This document shows positions 10,474 to 19,440 of a stretch of DNA of 64,000 nt, one piece after another (the first letter of the stretch is position 1; the number at the start of each line of letters is the position of its first letter). The notes beneath the pieces are model-generated. The model was not told the origin of the DNA. It did not search any database and saw only the letters and a program-made list of their open reading frames with translations. Made by a program: the position numbers and the translations under genes. Source of the DNA: an uncultured virus (IMG/VR IMGVR_UViG_3300042861_002374) (taxonomy: Varidnaviria; Bamfordvirae); IMG/VR virus record IMGVR_UViG_3300042861_002374; one strand, 5' to 3'.

Positions 10474-11629
10474 ACAGTATAGATGGTATTATAATGCTAC
10501 AGTAGCCATAGTATATCAGAATTATGGAGCTGATAAAATAACAGATATAAAATCGTATTCTAATCGGTCTGTGAGAGATCTAATTAGAAAATATGAATAT
10601 ACGGAAGAAGAATTTGAACATTTAGTATTTCAATCATTTGAATATAATGAAGAAAGGGATGAAACTCCTATTCCACCATGGTGGGATAAAACAGAAGTGC
10701 ATAGTAGATTACCTAGAGGAGCAAGTGATAAATTTACTTCTAGTCTTAATTCTGCAATTTCGAATTATAAGAATCAAAACGTAAAACATTTTGAAATGAA
10801 ATTTATGTCCAAGAAAAAACCAACCGAATATCTACATTTTGAAGATAAAAGTTTCCCTTCTTTTATTAGGAAAATTAAAAGTAATTATTGGTTTACAAAT
10901 AGTAATGGTAGAAGAGATAGAATTTCTTTTTCTGATATTAAAACAATAGAAAAAGGAATAGAAATTATATATGAAAAAGATACAGGAAGATATTTTTTAC
11001 ATTATCCGGTTGATAGAAACTGGTTTCCAGAAGAAGATAGACGTAACGAGAGCCAAGTTAAGTTTATCTCAGAAGGAGATCGGATTATTTCTTTAGATCC
11101 TGGTGTAAGAAAGTTTCTTGTTGGATATGATCCTAGAGGAGAATCTATCTTTATAGGTGAAGATGCTCACATTGAACTAACTAAACTTTTGGTTGAAATA
11201 GATAAGACGACTACACACGAAATAAAGTCTAAACTTTGGAGGAAAGTAAAGAATCTAGTTAGTGAATTACACTGGAAAACTATTTCTTTTTTAGTAGAAA
11301 ACTATGATATAATCTTGTTACCTGATTTTAGAGTAAGCCAAATGGTAAAAGGAAAAAAGTTAGCTCGTATAACCAAAAGATTGTTGATGATGTTCTCATT
11401 TCACAGTTTCAAAGAAAAACTGAAATACAAATGCTCTATGTACAATAAGAAACTCATTATAGTTGATGAGAGTTATACTTCTTGTACATGTGGCAGATGT
11501 GGAAACATCAAAAGAACAAAACTAGAAGTTTATAGTTGTGATGAGTGTGGTTTAGTAATAGATAGAGATGCGACAGGATCAAGAAATATATTTATTAAGA
11601 ATACTAGGTTACGCTGTCCTCAAGTTTAG
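9803..11629 (+). CDS. tnpB: TnpB/Fanzor2-type RNA-guided endonuclease with overprinted N-terminal extension
   Basis: KTLKLRLFP...YRWYYN; RuvC SLDPG, VDESYTS, DRDATGSRNI; Zn ribbon CGRC/CDEC; true start uncertain. Confidence 0.92.
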   Translation: MKKNILDQKKCQKYSKLLLDHSKIGIIKEYLNALEQKETTVDISCQMSSLCQLKKDNNKKTTKEISVIAESQLPLKKKIWKDKLSILDVNILTTKSLKILDQALILKEKVLTPFWTPQSKEISEKLWLPTKIDCVDSVLSLSSESLKAPMGKSWFSIKKKHPQKKNSLMTFFQSSQFSLPDSMDSEDTQLKTKYGKPPPVPLKTLKLRLFPNQEEEKKLQMMFEQYRWYYNATVAIVYQNYGADKITDIKSYSNRSVRDLIRKYEYTEEEFEHLVFQSFEYNEERDETPIPPWWDKTEVHSRLPRGASDKFTSSLNSAISNYKNQNVKHFEMKFMSKKKPTEYLHFEDKSFPSFIRKIKSNYWFTNSNGRRDRISFSDIKTIEKGIEIIYEKDTGRYFLHYPVDRNWFPEEDRRNESQVKFISEGDRIISLDPGVRKFLVGYDPRGESIFIGEDAHIELTKLLVEIDKTTTHEIKSKLWRKVKNLVSELHWKTISFLVENYDIILLPDFRVSQMVKGKKLARITKRLLMMFSFHSFKEKLKYKCSMYNKKLIIVDESYTSCTCGRCGNIKRTKLEVYSCDECGLVIDRDATGSRNIFIKNTRLRCPQV

Positions 11630-11670
11630 ATTTTTCTAGATTTAAAAAAGCGGAAAAACAAACATTAATG

Positions 11671-11781
11671 ATACCAACTGGATCCATGTATTTTTTAGAT
11701 TTCGAGATTAAAAGTGATCAAATTTCAGAACTTTTGATTTGTGGGGAAAATGCAATTAAAAAACATTTTGTAAGTTTTTAA
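11671..11781 (+). pseudogene. patatin-like phospholipase, 3' part
   Basis: IPTGSMYFLDFEIKSDQISELLICGENAIKKHFVSF*, a typical patatin tail continuing ...WEKTVA. Confidence 0.7.
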
Positions 11782-11783
11782 TT

Positions 11784-11999
11784 TCAGTGGTACAAATTAA
11801 AAACTAGCTCTTCTAAGTGTGTGAATGATGATTCTGATTTAATGGTCAATTTAACAAGTTCATTTTTTTGCTCTGCACTAAGCGATGTAGTAACAAAATT
11901 GTCTAGATATTCGCGCAGCTCATCTGATGTACGTCCTTTACGGAGGCGCTCTTCACGACGCTCTTGTTGAAGCTCTTCTTGGCTCTTGTTTGATTTCAT
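11784..11999 (-). CDS. hypothetical protein
   Basis: 71-aa ATG ORF with upstream CAAATTGA. Confidence 0.5.
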   Translation of the reverse strand: MKSNKSQEELQQERREERLRKGRTSDELREYLDNFVTTSLSAEQKNELVKLTIKSESSFTHLEELVFNLYH

Positions 12000-12077
12000 T
12001 TTACTGATTTTATCCTAGAATGATGTTTATAATATTCAATTTGTTTTTTAAACATATAAAAATTATTCTACTTCTAA

Positions 12078-12575
12078 TCAAGTAAAATTACCATCTTTAG
12101 CTCTAGATATAATCGCACATGCCATTCTTGAACCAGCTGAACCTGTTTTTAATGATTCATCGGTTCCACCAAGACCTAAATCATCTACACCATTATGTAT
12201 AACAACACTTCTTCCTATAATACTTTTATCTATATCTCCTCTTAAATTGACTAAAGGATCGTAATATGAATAACTAAATTTTCCACTCCAATCACTTTCA
12301 ATATTGTTTATCAAATCACCAGCATGACGTTCCATATTTTTTATACCTATTGTTCCATGTGTTTTTCCATATGGATTCCAATGAGAGCCTAACGATTCAC
12401 AGCCTTTTCTCTCATCACCATATTCATGTATATGTATGGCTTTTTTAGTATTTGGTTTCAAACCGTATAAATTTATGTACACATCACAACCATCTTTTTT
12501 TGAACATTGATGAAATTTTATTTCTCCTTTTACATTGACGTTATTAAAAATAGCAATAGCATTATAACATTTCAT
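12078..12575 (-). CDS. sod: Cu/Zn superoxide dismutase
   Basis: HIHEYGD, GSHWNP, RHAGDL, IIGRSVVIH, DDLGLG, SRMAC. Confidence 0.95.
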   Translation of the reverse strand: MKCYNAIAIFNNVNVKGEIKFHQCSKKDGCDVYINLYGLKPNTKKAIHIHEYGDERKGCESLGSHWNPYGKTHGTIGIKNMERHAGDLINNIESDWSGKFSYSYYDPLVNLRGDIDKSIIGRSVVIHNGVDDLGLGGTDESLKTGSAGSRMACAIISRAKDGNFT

Positions 12576-12607
12576 TTTATTATATGTCCGTAAATACTTT
12601 TACAAAT

Positions 12608-12633
12608 AAAATGACACTTTCGTGTGTCATTTT
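12608..12633. terminator. 3' hairpin (10-bp stem)
   Basis: aaaatgacac-tttcgt-gtgtcatttt downstream of 12655..13194. Confidence 0.55.
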
Positions 12634-12654
12634 TCTATCTTGTTGAATATAAGT

Positions 12655-13194
12655 TCAATTTTCTAATATTTCTGAAAAATACGTTTCAATTTGTTCGTGA
12701 TCCAATTCTATTGTTACATATTGTCTTTCTATCCACAAGGAAATGTTAAACAATTTTTCCGGAAAATCAAATGTTTTTAGCAAATCACGAAAGTAAAATG
12801 CAATATATTCATATAATTTGTATTCTAATGTTTCAGAACAGCAATAATATTTCATAACAGAGTTCATAACAGAGTTCTGAACAGAGTTCTGAACAGAGTT
12901 CTGAACATTTTTTGAGTCTTTTGTCGCATAATATTCTAACAAATTATCATGATCTATTTTCCATTGTGAAAAATTTGGATCTTCTTCTTGTGTTAGTTTG
13001 TGCGATATAAAGCTAATCATTCTTTCTGTTTCTTCGCTTTCCATTTTTTCGAGTAAAGTTTTTTCCCATCCTCTCTTCATTTTTCTTTGTATATCTATAA
13101 GTTCTTTTATAGACACTTCTTGTTTTATACGTCTTGCCAGATCTTCATTAAATGAAATAGAACACTGTGACAAAAATTCATTCTCTTCTTTCAT
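12655..13194 (-). CDS. hypothetical protein with NSVQ/NSVM repeats
   Basis: 179-aa ORF; 12-bp tandem repeat at about 12852-12907. Confidence 0.65.
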   Translation of the reverse strand: MKEENEFLSQCSISFNEDLARRIKQEVSIKELIDIQRKMKRGWEKTLLEKMESEETERMISFISHKLTQEEDPNFSQWKIDHDNLLEYYATKDSKNVQNSVQNSVQNSVMNSVMKYYCCSETLEYKLYEYIAFYFRDLLKTFDFPEKLFNISLWIERQYVTIELDHEQIETYFSEILEN

Positions 13195-13308
13195 TAGTGA
13201 TTACTAGAATCAATACTTGTCCTAAAAAATCATTTTAAACAAATATTCTTGATATATCTTAGCATATTTTGTGAAAATTATAAATACTTATTTATTATAT
13301 AAATAAGT

Positions 13309-14136
13309 ATGTGTAGTAAGTCAACTAAGACTCTTTCTGAACAAAGAAAAATTGTAAAGTCTCTTATTGAATTACTAGAAAATGAAAAGACTATTCTTGA
13401 AAAATTAGAACCAAACGAAAATCCTAAAGAAGTTGAGATAGCAGAGGCTCTTATCGATGAGTTGTTATGTCCAATATCATATTCCTTTATGATAGATCCA
13501 GTTGTTCTTACTTCTGGAAAAACATATGATAGAACTGCAATAAATGCAGAATTTAAAAGACAAAAAGAACAATATCCTGAAAAAATGGTAAAATGTCCAT
13601 TTACCACAATAACACAAGTTACAGATTTTCTCATTCCAAATATGCAAATGAGATCAATAACATCTAAATTTGTAGAAAAATACAAAAATAATACATATAA
13701 AGGTCCTAGTTGGAATGAAATAAGAAGATTATGCTTAGATTATCTTGAAGAACAAAAACCACAAAAGGTTGAAGAAAGACAACTCGCTGATGAACAAAGA
13801 TTTGAAGAACAGAAAAGAATTCAAGAACAGAAAAAGGCTGATGAAGAAGAATTTGAGAAGCAAAAAAAGGAATCTAAACAAAGAGCCAAATACGGATTTG
13901 AATTGGAAGAGTTTTGTTTACTATATGGAGAATTCTTTCGATTTTATCAAGAAAGTCGAAAACCATTATATACTGGTTATGCAAATAAAAATAAATTTCA
14001 AAGAAATTATCACATAAATATCGAGATATTGAAAAAATGGGAACAAAATAAAAAAAATATACCTAATAACAAGATATCAGGATGTTTATACATATTTATG
14101 GAATATTATTTAAAAAAAAATTTGATCATAAATTAA
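13309..14136 (+). CDS. U-box domain protein (putative E3 ligase)
   Basis: LLCPISYSFMIDPVVLTSGKTYDRTAI...CPFT...LIPN. Confidence 0.88.
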   Translation: MCSKSTKTLSEQRKIVKSLIELLENEKTILEKLEPNENPKEVEIAEALIDELLCPISYSFMIDPVVLTSGKTYDRTAINAEFKRQKEQYPEKMVKCPFTTITQVTDFLIPNMQMRSITSKFVEKYKNNTYKGPSWNEIRRLCLDYLEEQKPQKVEERQLADEQRFEEQKRIQEQKKADEEEFEKQKKESKQRAKYGFELEEFCLLYGEFFRFYQESRKPLYTGYANKNKFQRNYHINIEILKKWEQNKKNIPNNKISGCLYIFMEYYLKKNLIIN

Positions 14137-14454
14137 CTAATTGTTTTGATTAGCTTGTATAAATTTAAATAGAGATATTGATAAGAATATTATAGCTAAA
14201 ACGAAGAGAATTACTGGAAGTATAGGTTGGTTTGATTTGCAATGTTTATGACCGTCTTGTTTTCCGTTTCTACACTTTTTGTTGACTTTATCCCAATAAA
14301 GACATTTATTATTCAGTTTTGACCCAAGTTCACATGTGTCTTTTCTGGTATATTTACTTTCAACTGGATTTGCATTTTTTACTAGTATAATTGTTGTTAT
14401 TAACAGAGCAATACCAACTACTAAAGTACCTACAGCTATATAAATAGGTTTCAT
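14137..14454 (-). CDS. small two-TM membrane protein with Cys-rich loop
   Basis: Hydrophobic ends, 4 Cys between. Confidence 0.7.
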   Translation of the reverse strand: MKPIYIAVGTLVVGIALLITTIILVKNANPVESKYTRKDTCELGSKLNNKCLYWDKVNKKCRNGKQDGHKHCKSNQPILPVILFVLAIIFLSISLFKFIQANQNN

Positions 14455-14503
14455 TTATAGTATTAATATATTTTAAAAATAAATAAATTTGTGCTCAAAT
14501 TTT

Positions 14504-15019
14504 TTAATCTATTTTTGCTTGTAATTCATTTTTGACTGACTTCAATACTTGTAATTTGACAAAATTTGCATCGGTTGATTTATATGAACGAGCTACTACA
14601 TTCAGAAACAAAACCTCTGTTGCAACTGTAAAAGCAAGTATTATCAAAGACTCTAGTATAATATGTGTTATATTTACTTTACCAAAAAAACAAATACACA
14701 TAGTAGTTACGATTCCTACAACGCATATTGTTCCAAAAATTATTATTCCGTTTTTTACAAGAATACTATTTTTAGATTTTACCTCGTCATCTGCACTATC
14801 ATCTGATGGAATACTAATTGAAGAGACAATTGATTCTCTAACTTTTTTCGGAAAAAATATTTTAGCGTCATACGATAATTCAGTTGCGATACTTTTACTC
14901 TGATCTTCGACAATTAATTTTTCTATGTCTTTTCCGTATGTAAAGAAGAGAATAGCTACAGTTGTTGAAATTAATGTAATATTTAGTACTAACTGTGCAA
15001 CTGCTTTATAATTTTTCAT
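14504..15019 (-). CDS. three-TM membrane protein
   Basis: Three hydrophobic segments; paralogous to 15059..15628. Confidence 0.75.
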   Translation of the reverse strand: MKNYKAVAQLVLNITLISTTVAILFFTYGKDIEKLIVEDQSKSIATELSYDAKIFFPKKVRESIVSSISIPSDDSADDEVKSKNSILVKNGIIIFGTICVVGIVTTMCICFFGKVNITHIILESLIILAFTVATEVLFLNVVARSYKSTDANFVKLQVLKSVKNELQAKID

Positions 15020-15058
15020 ATTTATTATATTGAAATATTATTATTGTCAAGGAATAAA

Positions 15059-15628
15059 ATGAATTCGGAAAATAGCATATCTCCATATTTTTCTGCTTGT
15101 ATTAATGGTGTTTTTCATGTTCTAATATTATTTACATTTTTATCAATACTTTTTTTTGCTTTAGTTTCAAATATTGAAAAACAGAATTTTGAGGAACAGA
15201 TACAAGGCCAAGTTGACTCTTCTATTAAATCGGCATTTAAAACTCTTTCTTCTGAAGAAAAAGAACAAATATCTAGTATTATTAATACTGATTTAGGTGG
15301 TGGGGAGACAGTGTTTGATCTTGGCTTAGACAATTATTCTAAGCCAAAAGAAGTTACTGTTGAACATAACAAATGGATTAAGATTACCTCAATATCTATT
15401 ATAATAATGATATTCTTATGTATATTTTTAGTATTAACAGTATTATCATTTTCTTGCAACAAAAACATTGGTCTATTAGGGATAATTAAGGAAAATGTTA
15501 TCACATTCATTTTCATCGGACTAGTCGAATATTTGTTTTTTACATACGTCGCACTCAAATACATTCCGGTTTTACCAAGTACAATGATGACTACTGTTAT
15601 TCAGACATTTCAGAAAACTTTTACGTAA
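15059..15628 (+). CDS. three-TM membrane protein
   Basis: LFF...IEK and ExLF..V...Y shared with 14504..15019. Confidence 0.75.
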   Translation: MNSENSISPYFSACINGVFHVLILFTFLSILFFALVSNIEKQNFEEQIQGQVDSSIKSAFKTLSSEEKEQISSIINTDLGGGETVFDLGLDNYSKPKEVTVEHNKWIKITSISIIIMIFLCIFLVLTVLSFSCNKNIGLLGIIKENVITFIFIGLVEYLFFTYVALKYIPVLPSTMMTTVIQTFQKTFT

Positions 15629-15659
15629 ACTTTTAGAAATAATACATTTTTTGTATTAT

Positions 15660-16628
15660 TTATACACATCTCTTCAATGTCAAATTGATAATATTTCTCA
15701 TAATATAATCTTCGCCTATATGTGATTTAGATTCTTTACCTATTATTTTATATTTACCATACCATGTATATTCTTTTTTTGTTTGTCTAAATAGGTATAT
15801 ATGTTTACTTTTCTTCAATAGTTGTTTGTTACGTGTATCATTTTCATTTTGATCACCTATTTTACCATGTAAAGTGTATTTGGGTTTATTTGGATCTTCT
15901 AAATTATCATCGTAATAATATGTAACATCTACTGATTTTAATATTGTGTTTCCGTCTTTAAAATAATTTATTCCACCAGAACGAGGGTTAATTTTGCAAC
16001 CTGTTAGTTCAAATATAAGCTCCTCCATTCCTCCTGGACCGTACCATTTTTTTCTCTTAATCAGGGTGTGAGTTTCAACAGGATTATCTTCTATCTCTTC
16101 GTTACCTTCATCAGTTTCTATTTCTTGGTTGTCTCCTATGTCTTCGTTATCTTCATCAGTTTCTATTTCTTGGTTGTCTCCTATGTCTCCTATGTCTTCG
16201 TTATCTTGATCAGTTTCACAATTAGTGACATCATCAGGATTATCTAATATTTCTTCGTCATCTTGAATAGTATCACGATTAGTGACATCACGAGGATTTG
16301 ATAATTCTTTTTTGAGTTGTGTCCACATATTGTTCTCCTCTTCTGTTCCAGGTTCTTTTATAATATCTGATATGTTATTAATAATATCCACCTGATGAGG
16401 ATTTTTATTCAGAGATATAAGTAAGAGTTCTAGTTTTGTCCATGTTTTTTTGACATGTACTGATCCATGTTCGTTGATAATAGTAGAAATAGGAATAATT
16501 AATATGTTATCGACAGAACAAGGACTTTTAAGCAGAGATAGTATTTGGTTTTTTAGTTGTCTCCATGTATTTTTGGTCTGGTCCGATCCGCGTTCCTTAA
16601 TAATATTAGAAATAGACAGCAAAGTCAT
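15660..16628 (-). CDS. repeat protein with C-terminal SRA-like domain
   Basis: Three ISxIIxExG...WxxL repeats, acidic linker, then GGI...YYDD...YTLHGKIGDQ...NKQL...IYLF...YTWYG. Confidence 0.6.
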   Translation of the reverse strand: MTLLSISNIIKERGSDQTKNTWRQLKNQILSLLKSPCSVDNILIIPISTIINEHGSVHVKKTWTKLELLLISLNKNPHQVDIINNISDIIKEPGTEEENNMWTQLKKELSNPRDVTNRDTIQDDEEILDNPDDVTNCETDQDNEDIGDIGDNQEIETDEDNEDIGDNQEIETDEGNEEIEDNPVETHTLIKRKKWYGPGGMEELIFELTGCKINPRSGGINYFKDGNTILKSVDVTYYYDDNLEDPNKPKYTLHGKIGDQNENDTRNKQLLKKSKHIYLFRQTKKEYTWYGKYKIIGKESKSHIGEDYIMRNIINLTLKRCV

Positions 16629-16668
16629 GTTTAGTTATTTTTAAAATAAATTCTTAATAAAATCATTT

Positions 16669-17031
16669 TCAATTTACTAAAGCTTCAGTAAACCAGTGTT
16701 CAAAATCATCATCTAGCTGTGTAAGTAAAAATTCATTAGCAAATCTATTAAGACTTTTTTGTGTACAATTTGGATTGAGTTTGAGAAAAGTTTTCAGTGC
16801 ATAACCAATATTTCTACCGTAACATCCTAATTCAATTCGATTATGTTCTGTTATGTTTGGAAATTCTTCTTCAAATTTTGAAATATAATACTTATGCATC
16901 TCATAAACAAGGTCATCAGCTGTAAATTCTCTGTAACAATGTTCGGCACTATAAATATCATTTGTTTTGTTTTTTAGAAAATCGGAAAGAGAACTTTTGA
17001 TAGTTTCAATTTTAGCATTGTAATCCGACAT
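16669..17031 (-). CDS. hypothetical protein
   Basis: 120-aa ATG ORF. Confidence 0.6.
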   Translation of the reverse strand: MSDYNAKIETIKSSLSDFLKNKTNDIYSAEHCYREFTADDLVYEMHKYYISKFEEEFPNITEHNRIELGCYGRNIGYALKTFLKLNPNCTQKSLNRFANEFLLTQLDDDFEHWFTEALVN

Positions 17032-17067
17032 CTTATTTTATAAGAAGTTTCTATTTAAATTTGTATT

Positions 17068-17616
17068 TTATGTAGATTTATAACGAGTATTTATAGGTAC
17101 TACATATTTTATTATATTTTCGGTTGTATATTCAGCTGTATCCCAGTAGATAAAATTTTTATCAATAATAAGTAAAAATACATTTTTGAACAAAAGTATT
17201 GATTGTTCATCCGGATCTGGACGATTAATTGAGTCAATAATTATATTTTTGTAAGAAGAGATAAAATTTACAGGAGGATTTGTCAAAGAGTAACCTATAA
17301 GGACTAGTGTGTCACAGTCGCGATGTCTTTGTCTAAGATCTTCTGGAAAGACACTATTTGTTTCGTATTTGATTGTTTGTTCATGCAAACTGTTATAAAA
17401 TGTAAGTGTGTCACCTTCTATAGACTTAAGTTGAAATTCATTTTGTAACATAATTGTAAGCAAATTAGGAAAAAATTTTTGTCTGTATCCAGAGTTTATT
17501 TTACTTCCAAATTCAGATTTGGGTTGTGAGTCCATGTATATCCAAGTTTTTATATTTCTAAATAATATAGGTGGCATAATATCTGTACCAGCTCCCGGAT
17601 AAAAGGCTGTATTCAT
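17068..17616 (-). CDS. hypothetical protein, possible Rossmann/SAM-binding fold
   Basis: N-terminal FYPGAGTD followed by WIYMD. Confidence 0.5.
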   Translation of the reverse strand: MNTAFYPGAGTDIMPPILFRNIKTWIYMDSQPKSEFGSKINSGYRQKFFPNLLTIMLQNEFQLKSIEGDTLTFYNSLHEQTIKYETNSVFPEDLRQRHRDCDTLVLIGYSLTNPPVNFISSYKNIIIDSINRPDPDEQSILLFKNVFLLIIDKNFIYWDTAEYTTENIIKYVVPINTRYKST

Positions 17617-17746
17617 TTTACTAAAAAAAAAGTGTTCTTTAAAATAATTTAGAGGTTTAATTAATAATTTTTTTTTTGAAATATTTTATAATTTTTAAAT
17701 AAAATGCGAGAAAAGAAATTTCTTTTTCTCTTGATATCTAATAAAA

Positions 17747-18397
17747 ATGTCAGCAGGAAGCGTATCTCTTGAATCGGCACTTAGAACTTGTAAAGTCAAC
17801 ACAGCCTGGGCTACACGAATTGAGTCCGATAGATTTTTTAACTCAAACAATTTAGTTTGTCCCGTATGGAATGGAATGGATGGAACCGGACGCCAAGTTT
17901 GCAAAGACTCTTACTACCACAAGAGTGCTGGGTGCAACAGTGCAACAGATCGTGTAAATGTTGAGAATGATGTTTCTCGGCCTAAATATGCGGAATATAT
18001 TACTCTTTCGGCGAATGGAATTGCCGGAGACATTTACGGTCAAACTGACGCATATAAAAATTCTCAATTACGTCATCGTGAATTAGACGATATTAATAAG
18101 ATTACCGGTAATTTTGGAAAGCAGTTCGGATCTGCTATTCAAACTACGTGCGGATATCACTCATACACTAAGCATGATGATCACCACGGTGGTTCGGGAA
18201 ACCCGCACGGTGGTTCGGGAAACCCGCACGGTGGTTCGGGACACGGTGGTTCGGGAAACCCTCACGGTGGTTCTGGAAACCCGCACCGTGGTTCGGGTCA
18301 TAATTCCGTTGCTCAGAATAATCAAAATGCCCGTGAAGCACATTCTATGGGGATGGCCTATAATGCTCAGCACAATCGTTCTCAATCTGGATTTTAG
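17747..18397 (+). CDS. conserved iridovirus/marseillevirus-like protein with HGGSGNP repeats
   Basis: SLESALRTCKV...SDRF...VCPVWNGMD..GR...DS...K.AGC....DRV.VEN..RP.Y, recalled as a conserved Pimascovirales family; 21-bp tandem repeats at about 18184-18297. Confidence 0.7.
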   Translation: MSAGSVSLESALRTCKVNTAWATRIESDRFFNSNNLVCPVWNGMDGTGRQVCKDSYYHKSAGCNSATDRVNVENDVSRPKYAEYITLSANGIAGDIYGQTDAYKNSQLRHRELDDINKITGNFGKQFGSAIQTTCGYHSYTKHDDHHGGSGNPHGGSGNPHGGSGHGGSGNPHGGSGNPHRGSGHNSVAQNNQNAREAHSMGMAYNAQHNRSQSGF

Positions 18398-18414
18398 AGA
18401 AACACAATGTTAAA

Positions 18415-18442
18415 AAACTTAAAAACTATAGTTTTTAAGTTT
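18415..18442. terminator. perfect 28-bp palindrome between convergent genes
   Basis: aaacttaaaaactatagtttttaagttt. Confidence 0.7.
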
Positions 18443-18458
18443 GTATGTAATGTGTAAT

Positions 18459-19013
18459 TTAAACTTCTTGCTCTGCAACAACATCAAAAATAATACTGTT
18501 TGCAGTACTTCCGAGCTCTACTCCTAAATATCCTGATTTAGTTGCAGCTGCCACTCCAATCGACTGAACACTTTGTGCCGACGCGCCTTTAGTAACTGAA
18601 ATATACTTAGTTGTAGTACCACCTGTAGTACCAAAACTGAGTATGTTACCAGCACCAGGAAGCCCAACCTTAGCGAGCTTAATAAGTTTTGGGTTAGTGT
18701 TTTTATCCAAACCAAAAGTTTTAATCAAGCTTTTTGCGTTATCTTCGGTGTCTGCACCAATAATTAATTGTGATGCCGAAGTTGAACCTGTACCGTCAAT
18801 AATTATCGTTTTGCTGTCAGCAATAGCATTTAGAGTATTACTGTCCAATGTAATATTAGTAGTTGGTTTAATAGGTACAAAGCCAGTAAAACCAGGCGAC
18901 GAATTAATATTCGAAAGTGCACCTTCTACACCTTCAAGAATAGCAGAAGTTTGAACATCACTATTTACAACTCGTGAAAAATAATTTCCATGATGATGAT
19001 GATGTTGAGACAT
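18459..19013 (-). CDS. hypothetical protein (G/S/T-rich, possibly structural)
   Basis: ORF from MSQHHHHHG. Confidence 0.65.
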   Translation of the reverse strand: MSQHHHHHGNYFSRVVNSDVQTSAILEGVEGALSNINSSPGFTGFVPIKPTTNITLDSNTLNAIADSKTIIIDGTGSTSASQLIIGADTEDNAKSLIKTFGLDKNTNPKLIKLAKVGLPGAGNILSFGTTGGTTTKYISVTKGASAQSVQSIGVAAATKSGYLGVELGSTANSIIFDVVAEQEV

Positions 19014-19111
19014 TTTATTTATAGACAAGAAAAAGATTTTTTTACTTTTTCTTAAATTAACTTTTAATTTTTTCTCGATTGTTTAAAGAATTATCTTGAT
19101 ATTCTAAAAAT

Positions 19112-19396
19112 ATGGATAATCATGAAAACGCAGATGCAAGTTTGATTCCTTTTCTCAGAAACCTTGCAGATTCGATTGAATCTGGTAAAATTCTACCGCG
19201 TCAGTTGCAGCATATAGGTGAATTTTTTATGTCATATCAATTTCAGGAGCAAGCAATCAAAGATGGGGATACAAGTGGATTAGAAACTCAATCTCTGAAA
19301 CGAGCGGATTTAATGAAATTTATAGTAATGGGGTGGCATATTTATTCATGTATTTCAGGACAATCTACTCTTCCAGATGTTGATAATATTGAATAA
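19112..19396 (+). CDS. hypothetical protein
   Basis: 94-aa ATG ORF. Confidence 0.6.
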   Translation: MDNHENADASLIPFLRNLADSIESGKILPRQLQHIGEFFMSYQFQEQAIKDGDTSGLETQSLKRADLMKFIVMGWHIYSCISGQSTLPDVDNIE

Positions 19397-19440
19397 TATA
19401 AATTTGATTGTTTAAAGATCCGGTAAATATAATAAATAAG

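Larger units (their letters stand above)
9716..11670 (+). mobile_element. IS607-family element (tnpA serine recombinase + TnpB/Fanzor2); ends approximate within a few nt
   Basis: Gene pair typical of IS607; bounded by the two halves of the patatin gene; no TIR or TSD, as expected for IS607. Confidence 0.9.

Noticed and set aside
18184..18297. GC-rich 21-bp tandem repeat as an ncRNA or array
   Set aside because: In-frame coding repeat (HGGSGNP)
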